Assembly: GCA_963517665.1 (NCBI GenBank)
Contig: CAUQFZ010000001.1
Coordinates: 37,182 to 101,181, forward strand
Direction: 5' to 3'
Origin: an uncultured Candidatus Saccharibacteria bacterium
GTDB taxonomy: Bacteria > Patescibacteriota > Saccharimonadia > Saccharimonadales > Saccharimonadaceae
DNA length: 64,000 nt
Below the pieces are notes generated by a model. That model did not search any database and was not told the origin of the DNA. It saw nothing but the letters and a program-made list of their open reading frames with translations. The position numbers were made by a program, and so were the translations under genes. Positions 58,523 to 64,000 of the stretch are shown here, in pieces; positions within the stretch are counted from its first letter, which is position 1; each line of letters begins with the position of its first letter.

Positions 58523-59971
58523 CTATATGCCCTTTTCGGCGTTTTTGGCTTGTTTGTAGGCTTTGGTGACGGGCGCCAGGCCGCGGGCGACGCGTTCGCG
58601 GTTGGCTTTCAGTTGTTTTTCGTCGCGGAAAGATAGTTTGATGGGCGTGCCAGCGAAATTGAAAGCTTCGCGTAAAGTGCGCTCGAGGTAGCGTTTGTAG
58701 CTCCAGTGGACGAATTTGAGGTTGCTGCCGTAGATGACGAACCATGGCGGGGCCGTATCGGTCTGGACGATGTAGCGGAGTTTTGGATGCGAGTTCTTTA
58801 GGCCGGCTGGTGGATGAGCGGCGACGGCTTTTTGCAAGAGGTCGTTGAGGATGCGGGTTTTACACTCTTGGTGGCGGCGCTTGTAAATGTCGAGGGCTAG
58901 GTCGAACAATTTGGCGACGTTTTGGCCAGTGACTGATGAGGTGAAGATCAGTGGCGCGTAGGGTGTGAATTTGAAATGATAGCTAATTTGTGGTGCTAGC
59001 TCGTCGTGAGTGTAGGCGTCTTTGCCTTCGAAGGAGTCCCATTTGCTGACCACTAGGACGAGCCCCTTGCCTGCTTCGTCGATGATGCCCGCCAGGCGTT
59101 GGTCCAGCCCGACATTCAATTCGTTGACGTCCATCAGCAGAAAACAGATGTCGGCTTCGTTGATAGCTTGCATGGTGCGTAGGACTGAGAACTTTTCGAT
59201 GCCAGTCTCTTGCTTGCCTTGGCGGCGAATGCCGGCGGTGTCGAGTAGCTCGATGGTCTGGCCATGGTAGCGGACTTGGACACGGTTGACGTCGCGGGTG
59301 GTGCCGGCGACATTGGCGACGATGGCTTGCTGCTTGCCTGCTAGGGTGTTGAACAGGTTGCTTTTGCCGACATTTGGCCGGCCAATGAGGGCGACGCGGA
59401 TGATGTCGTCTGGCGTGGTGTCGGTAGCTGGCGGGATGAGCTGGGCGATGTTGTCAAGTAGCTCAGAGATGCCGATGTTGTGCTCAGCAGAGGTTTTGAT
59501 GATGGTTTTGATGCCGAGGCGCTTGAATTCGTCGGTGTGGAGTGAGCCTTTGAGGTCAGCTTTGTTGGCGATGAGCAGGACGGGCTTGCCGCTTTTGAGG
59601 GCTTTTTTGGCCAGTTGGCGGTCAGCGTCTGATGGGTAGACGGTGGAGTCGACCATAACGAGGATGACGTCGGCCGCGGCGGAGGCGTCAGCGATTTGGT
59701 CTTGGATGGTGGCTTCGAATTCGTCTTCAGCGGGTTTGAGGCCGGCGGTGTCGATGAGCCAGAATTCGGCGGTTGTGCTCGCGTCAGTCACAGCCTCCTC
59801 GAGAGATGAAGTGCGGCGCTTATATGAAACTTTGCCGACGACGTTGTCGCGGGTAGTGCCGGCTTCGCGGGCGACGATGGCGGTGCGGGCGCGCGTCAAG
59901 CGATTGAACAATGAACTTTTGCCAACGTTAGCTTGACCGATGATGGCGACGGTAGGTAATTTATGAGACAT
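58523..59971 (-). CDS. der: Ribosome biogenesis GTPase Der
   Basis: Two G domains (GQANVGKS/DTAG/NKAD; GRPNVGKS/DTAG/SKWD) and a KH-like C-terminus. Confidence 0.96.
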   Translation of the reverse strand: MSHKLPTVAIIGQANVGKSSLFNRLTRARTAIVAREAGTTRDNVVGKVSYKRRTSSLEEAVTDASTTAEFWLIDTAGLKPAEDEFEATIQDQIADASAAADVILVMVDSTVYPSDADRQLAKKALKSGKPVLLIANKADLKGSLHTDEFKRLGIKTIIKTSAEHNIGISELLDNIAQLIPPATDTTPDDIIRVALIGRPNVGKSNLFNTLAGKQQAIVANVAGTTRDVNRVQVRYHGQTIELLDTAGIRRQGKQETGIEKFSVLRTMQAINEADICFLLMDVNELNVGLDQRLAGIIDEAGKGLVLVVSKWDSFEGKDAYTHDELAPQISYHFKFTPYAPLIFTSSVTGQNVAKLFDLALDIYKRRHQECKTRILNDLLQKAVAAHPPAGLKNSHPKLRYIVQTDTAPPWFVIYGSNLKFVHWSYKRYLERTLREAFNFAGTPIKLSFRDEKQLKANRERVARGLAPVTKAYKQAKNAEKGI

Positions 59972-60040
59972 AATCACGCCTATTATACCAGAGGCGTGAG
60001 GATTTGGCGAGGATGAGCGGTATGCGAAATGGGACTAGCC

Positions 60041-60469
60041 TTAGCCTGCCGGAGTGGGCGTTGCAGTAGCGGCTGGTGTTGGGCTACTTTCTGGTGCTTG
60101 TGAAGCGGTACACTCAGGGCTGTTAGGGACTGCTGTTATGCCACCTTGCCCGTAGTAATTATAATATTTGTATAGTAGAGTGGTACCATCACAACCTTTC
60201 TCTACGGATGATATTGCACGCTTGCAGTCAGGTTCATCAAGACAGTTCTGGTCAACAGTTTGCCAATCGATATTGGGCTGGTTGGTTGAGTCTAGCTCCG
60301 GGCTGATTGTAGATCCTTCTGTAGTTGCCGTTGGTGCTGTTTCTGATATTGGCGCACCGCAGCCTGACAGAGCCAGTGCAGCGCTGGCTACTGTGCCAAG
60401 CACGACTCCTACTTTTTTCCGCCATAATCCACTATTATTTTCAATTGAAAATTTGTTACCTTCTCGCAT
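60041..60469 (-). CDS. Putative lipoprotein / surface protein
   Basis: GGAGG RBS; hydrophobic stretch ending ALSGC; four further Cys; Pro/Thr-rich ends. Confidence 0.65.
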   Translation of the reverse strand: MREGNKFSIENNSGLWRKKVGVVLGTVASAALALSGCGAPISETAPTATTEGSTISPELDSTNQPNIDWQTVDQNCLDEPDCKRAISSVEKGCDGTTLLYKYYNYYGQGGITAVPNSPECTASQAPESSPTPAATATPTPAG

Positions 60470-60504
60470 GGTATATCCTCCTATGTATCTATACGATACA
60501 CCAA

Positions 60505-61221
60505 TCATTGACTTGGTGTCAATTTACTTTCCTGAAATTCCCCGCGTTTGATGTCACCGAGAGTGTAATTGCCAAAGTCTGTGCGGTGAAGTTTGATGAC
60601 GGTGTAGCCGAGGGCGGCGAAGGTGCGGCGGATTTGGCGGTTGCGGCCTTCGCTCATCTGGACGATCCAGCGGCGGTCGTCGCCGTCGTGCTGGCGTTCG
60701 AGCGTCAAGCGACTGGGCCCGTCAGGTAGTTGCACGCCAAAATCATTGATCATTTGCCGGTGGAGCGGCTGCAGCGGCTGGTCGAGCGTCACGAGATAGC
60801 GCTTGATTTTATAAAACGATGGGTGTGTCATCTGGTTGGCGAAGTCACCGTCGTTGGTGAGGAGGATGAGCCCAGAGCTGTCTTTGTCCAGGCGACCGAC
60901 GGGTTTCAGGTGATGGAGGTTGGTTGGTAATAATTCATAAATAGTTGGTACGCCACCCTGGGAAGCGCGCGAACAGAGGTAGCCGACGGGTTTGTGGAGG
61001 AGAATGAGCTGGTGGGTTTGGGCGGTGAGCGGTTTGTTGTCGTAGCGAATGACGTCGGCTGTGGTGATGCGTTGGCCGAGCTTGGCGGGCTGGTCGTTCA
61101 CCGTGACCTTACCCTGTTCAATCAACTCGTCAGCCTGGCGGCGCGACACACCAAGCGCCAGCGCCACGAATTTGTTGAGGCGCTGGGCAGGTTCATGAGT
61201 TGGTGTGGTATTGTCTGCCAT
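60505..61221 (-). CDS. rRNA pseudouridine synthase (RsuA/RluB family)
   Basis: S4 domain SRRQAD, HKPVGY, VGRLDKDSSGL, EGRNRQIRR. Confidence 0.94.
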   Translation of the reverse strand: MADNTTPTHEPAQRLNKFVALALGVSRRQADELIEQGKVTVNDQPAKLGQRITTADVIRYDNKPLTAQTHQLILLHKPVGYLCSRASQGGVPTIYELLPTNLHHLKPVGRLDKDSSGLILLTNDGDFANQMTHPSFYKIKRYLVTLDQPLQPLHRQMINDFGVQLPDGPSRLTLERQHDGDDRRWIVQMSEGRNRQIRRTFAALGYTVIKLHRTDFGNYTLGDIKRGEFQESKLTPSQ

Positions 61222-62274
61222 TTATGCTTGTGGTTGTGTTGGCGGAGGAGTCTGTGGCGGCTGCGGCGGCTGAGACGGAAGCGGATGCAAGACTGGAGCT
61301 GGTGGTATGTGAGTTGGCGCAGCATTTGCCAGTGGTTGTGGAGCTGGGCTGACAACTGGTGCTGCTGGAACGCTTGGAGTTGGTTGTCCTGGAGTGGCGG
61401 CGCTTTGCAGGCTTTGTGGAGCTTGAGGTGTTGGTGTGGTAACGGGAATGTGAGTAGGCTCTGTTGGAGCTTCAGGAGCTGGAGCCGCTGTTAGGGTTGG
61501 AATAGTTTCTTCTGTGCTTGTATCAGGCTGCGGAGCTGGTGCTGTTTCCTCTGGGGCGTGCTCAGGTTCAGCCGGTTGCGGTTTGAGGTTTGGAATTCCC
61601 TCTAGTTCCTGTTCCATGAGCTTGGCAACATCCTCTGTTGGCGTCAGACTGGCACCCTCAAGTGGTCGAATGACGCGCTCGCCTAAGTTGGCAGGACGCG
61701 GCGCTGAAGATGAGAAAGGTGCAGTTGGCTGCGGTAGTGTGGCTGGCGCTGGTGCGGCAGCTTGCAATGTTGGCTGCGGTGACAATGCTGAGACATCAGG
61801 CCGGACCGGCGGCATTTGCGGTGACTGTGGCATAGCTGGCGCTTGTTGCGGTGCTGCTGTTGGTTGTGCGGCTGTTTGCGGTTGCGGTACTGGCGTAAGT
61901 CCCGGAACATCGCCCAGAACTTCGTGCACGGTACGGACGACGTCTTCGATGCCGACTTGGGATTTCACAAGATATCGGTCAGCGCCTAATTGTTCACCAC
62001 GGGCTCGCTGGTCTTCTGAGGACAAAGCGGTCATGATGATCACTTTGATGTCTTTTGTCTCAGTAGCAGACCGCAAAATATCTAGCATGTCAAAGCCAGA
62101 AATTTTTGGCATCATCACGTCACTCAAAATGAGCGCTGGCCGTTCTTTGATGGCCATGGCGAGCGCCTCTTCACCGTCGCCTGCGGACACGATGTCGTAT
62201 CCCTCTGCTAATAATCGTACGCCATAGATTTCGCGTAAACTTTTGTCATCTTCAACGAGTAAAATTTTTGTCAT
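61222..62274 (-). CDS. Response regulator: receiver + long Pro/Ala/Gln-rich tail
   Basis: LLVEDD, SDVMMP, TAL, YLVKS; no DNA-binding domain. Confidence 0.88.
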   Translation of the reverse strand: MTKILLVEDDKSLREIYGVRLLAEGYDIVSAGDGEEALAMAIKERPALILSDVMMPKISGFDMLDILRSATETKDIKVIIMTALSSEDQRARGEQLGADRYLVKSQVGIEDVVRTVHEVLGDVPGLTPVPQPQTAAQPTAAPQQAPAMPQSPQMPPVRPDVSALSPQPTLQAAAPAPATLPQPTAPFSSSAPRPANLGERVIRPLEGASLTPTEDVAKLMEQELEGIPNLKPQPAEPEHAPEETAPAPQPDTSTEETIPTLTAAPAPEAPTEPTHIPVTTPTPQAPQSLQSAATPGQPTPSVPAAPVVSPAPQPLANAAPTHIPPAPVLHPLPSQPPQPPQTPPPTQPQA

Positions 62275-62328
62275 ATCTACTACCTACTATACGATATTAT
62301 TATTAAAATTGCTATCATTCTTATGCTT

Positions 62329-64000
62329 TTATGAATTATTGTTCCTCCGCGGTATGCTGATGGCGCGGCGGCTGGTCTCCAAGTGATGTTCAATATCAGC
62401 CAGCGTGGCGTGTTCTGGGCTGGTTGATATTGGTTGTGGCTGTGGTGGCTGGTTGGGCTGGACAGGTGACTCAGTGACCTGAGCAGGTTCGGTAGGCTGC
62501 TGGGGCTGTTCTGTTGGCGGCTGTGCTGGAGGATTTGCTGGTGGTTCTACGGGCGTTGCGTCAGGAATTACCGGGGCTTGCTGCTGTGGTTGATGGTACT
62601 GAACTGATGCTGGCTGTAGGGATGCTTCTTTGTGAGCAGCTTCCTCTTTAGAAATCCGTGGTATTTCCAAAAAGAAGGTACTTCCCTTGCCGTACTCGCT
62701 TTCGACGCGTAAATCGCCTGACATACTTTCGGCTAGTCGGCGGGACAAATATAGTCCCAAGCCGGTACCGCCAATTTCACGAGTGGCTGAATTATCAACC
62801 CGATAAAACTTTTGGAAAAGATGCGGAACGTCTTCTGCGGGAATTCCCAGACCAGAATCCATCACGCTGACAACCACCTTTGACGAATCACCAGTGACAT
62901 CGACCACGACCTCGCCTTCTTTGGTGTATTTGATGGCGTTTTCTATGAGGTTGGCGGTGATTTCTCGGAAATGGTCGGGGTCGACAAAGGCATAATAAAT
63001 GGGCTGCAAATGCTGATCAGCGGAGTCTTTGGCCAACGCGTGTGGTCGGAAAGAATAGAGCAGATTTTTTTCGGCGGCTTTGTGCGCCAGGCCTTCAAAA
63101 ATATCTGCCACAAAATCAGTCACGTTGAATAATTTTGGCTCATCTTTGAGACGCCCATCTTCAGCTCTACTGATGTCTAACAAGTCTTGGAATAATCGGC
63201 CCAGGTGTTGAGCTGAGGCGTGCGCTTTGGTGATGAAATCACGTGCTTTGTCGTCAATTTGGGCGGTTGCTGGGTTGAGCGCCAGGCCCAGATATCCCTC
63301 GATGGAAGCCACGGGCGTGCGCATTTCGTGGCTGGCGGTGGAAATGAACTCGGCTTGTTCTCGCTCCTCAGCGCGTTCTTTGGAGATGTCGCGGAACACG
63401 ATGATGACGCCCTCCTTTTGTGGGCCGATTGGAGAACTGACGATGGTGATCGGTAGTCGTTTGTCTGAAGAGGTTTTGAGAAATAGGTTGTCGCTGTGGG
63501 TGGGTTGGTTTGAAGACAGTGCTTGAGCAACGGGATGTTTGCCCTCTGGGATGTCAGATCCGTCTTTGAGCACCAGTTTGAGGACGCTCCGCCAACTCAA
63601 CCCCAAAGCGTCGCCTTTGTCCCAACCGATCATCTGTTGCGCGGCTGGATTGATAAGTTCAATGATACCGTTATTGGAAATAGCCATCACGCCGTCGTCG
63701 ATGGTATTGATGACGACATCAGATTTGCCCTCGGCGGAGGTTAGCCTATTTTCCAGTTCAGCAAATCGATCATCAAGCTTTTTCTGCGGCTGGTATCGCC
63801 ATAGAACGATGCTCAGGATGAGCGGCATGACTCCAAGCGCTGTGCTGATAGCTATTTGCTCCAGCGTCAGTGGTGTTTCCAAATGAATCATGGCGATGTG
63901 CGCCACGACCAGCAAGATGATACCGCCAGTCAGCCATAATCCGAATACGGCTGCAAAGACGGTCACCATGAGCCAGAGGCTGGTAAATGGAGAATAGATA
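62329..64000 (-). CDS. PAS-domain sensor histidine kinase (5' end probably outside window)
   Basis: TM, PAS (INPAA..FRD), ASHEMRTP, NAIKY, DSGLGI, GGTGLGL; frame open to the window end. Confidence 0.92.
   Translation of the reverse strand, partial: IYSPFTSLWLMVTVFAAVFGLWLTGGIILLVVAHIAMIHLETPLTLEQIAISTALGVMPLILSIVLWRYQPQKKLDDRFAELENRLTSAEGKSDVVINTIDDGVMAISNNGIIELINPAAQQMIGWDKGDALGLSWRSVLKLVLKDGSDIPEGKHPVAQALSSNQPTHSDNLFLKTSSDKRLPITIVSSPIGPQKEGVIIVFRDISKERAEEREQAEFISTASHEMRTPVASIEGYLGLALNPATAQIDDKARDFITKAHASAQHLGRLFQDLLDISRAEDGRLKDEPKLFNVTDFVADIFEGLAHKAAEKNLLYSFRPHALAKDSADQHLQPIYYAFVDPDHFREITANLIENAIKYTKEGEVVVDVTGDSSKVVVSVMDSGLGIPAEDVPHLFQKFYRVDNSATREIGGTGLGLYLSRRLAESMSGDLRVESEYGKGSTFFLEIPRISKEEAAHKEASLQPASVQYHQPQQQAPVIPDATPVEPPANPPAQPPTEQPQQPTEPAQVTESPVQPNQPPQPQPISTSPEHATLADIEHHLETSRRAISIPRRNNNS

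Noticed and set aside
61514..62227. 237-aa plus-strand Gly/Cys/Ala-rich ORF
   Set aside because: Antisense shadow of the Pro-rich response regulator

Overview
This is a gene-dense chromosomal segment of a small-genome bacterium, most likely Candidatus Saccharibacteria (TM7/CPR). That assignment is inferred from gene content and protein style, not from a database search. The housekeeping backbone is xth, pyrH, a cpoA/mgs-like glycolipid glycosyltransferase pair, smpB, an ABC-F ATPase, a full F1Fo ATP synthase operon, dus, a UvrD-nuclease fusion, two P-type ATPases, rlmD, tRNA-Gln, two two-component systems, cysS, a DHH phosphoesterase, topA, dprA, pth, der and an rRNA pseudouridine synthase. 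Most of these genes look leaderless, with a -10 box 5-10 nt before the ATG. Accessory content includes an AT-rich Gabija-like island after tRNA-Gln, pilin, RCC1-lectin and LPxTG surface proteins, and single-gene ORFan cassettes. It also includes a Fur-family-controlled nicotianamine synthase + COG0523 GTPase cluster and palindromic elements inserted in frame into genes. The best candidate for a new system is a ~950-nt, densely folded minus-strand transcript (19021-19964). It has its own promoter and terminator, two non-canonical tRNA mimics, repeated AAUGGC hairpin loops and a 42-aa CPxCG micro-ORF. Three more promoter + heavily structured RNA units lie at about 41.8-42.4, 45.2-45.6 and 52.0-52.3 kb. 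All folds were read by eye.
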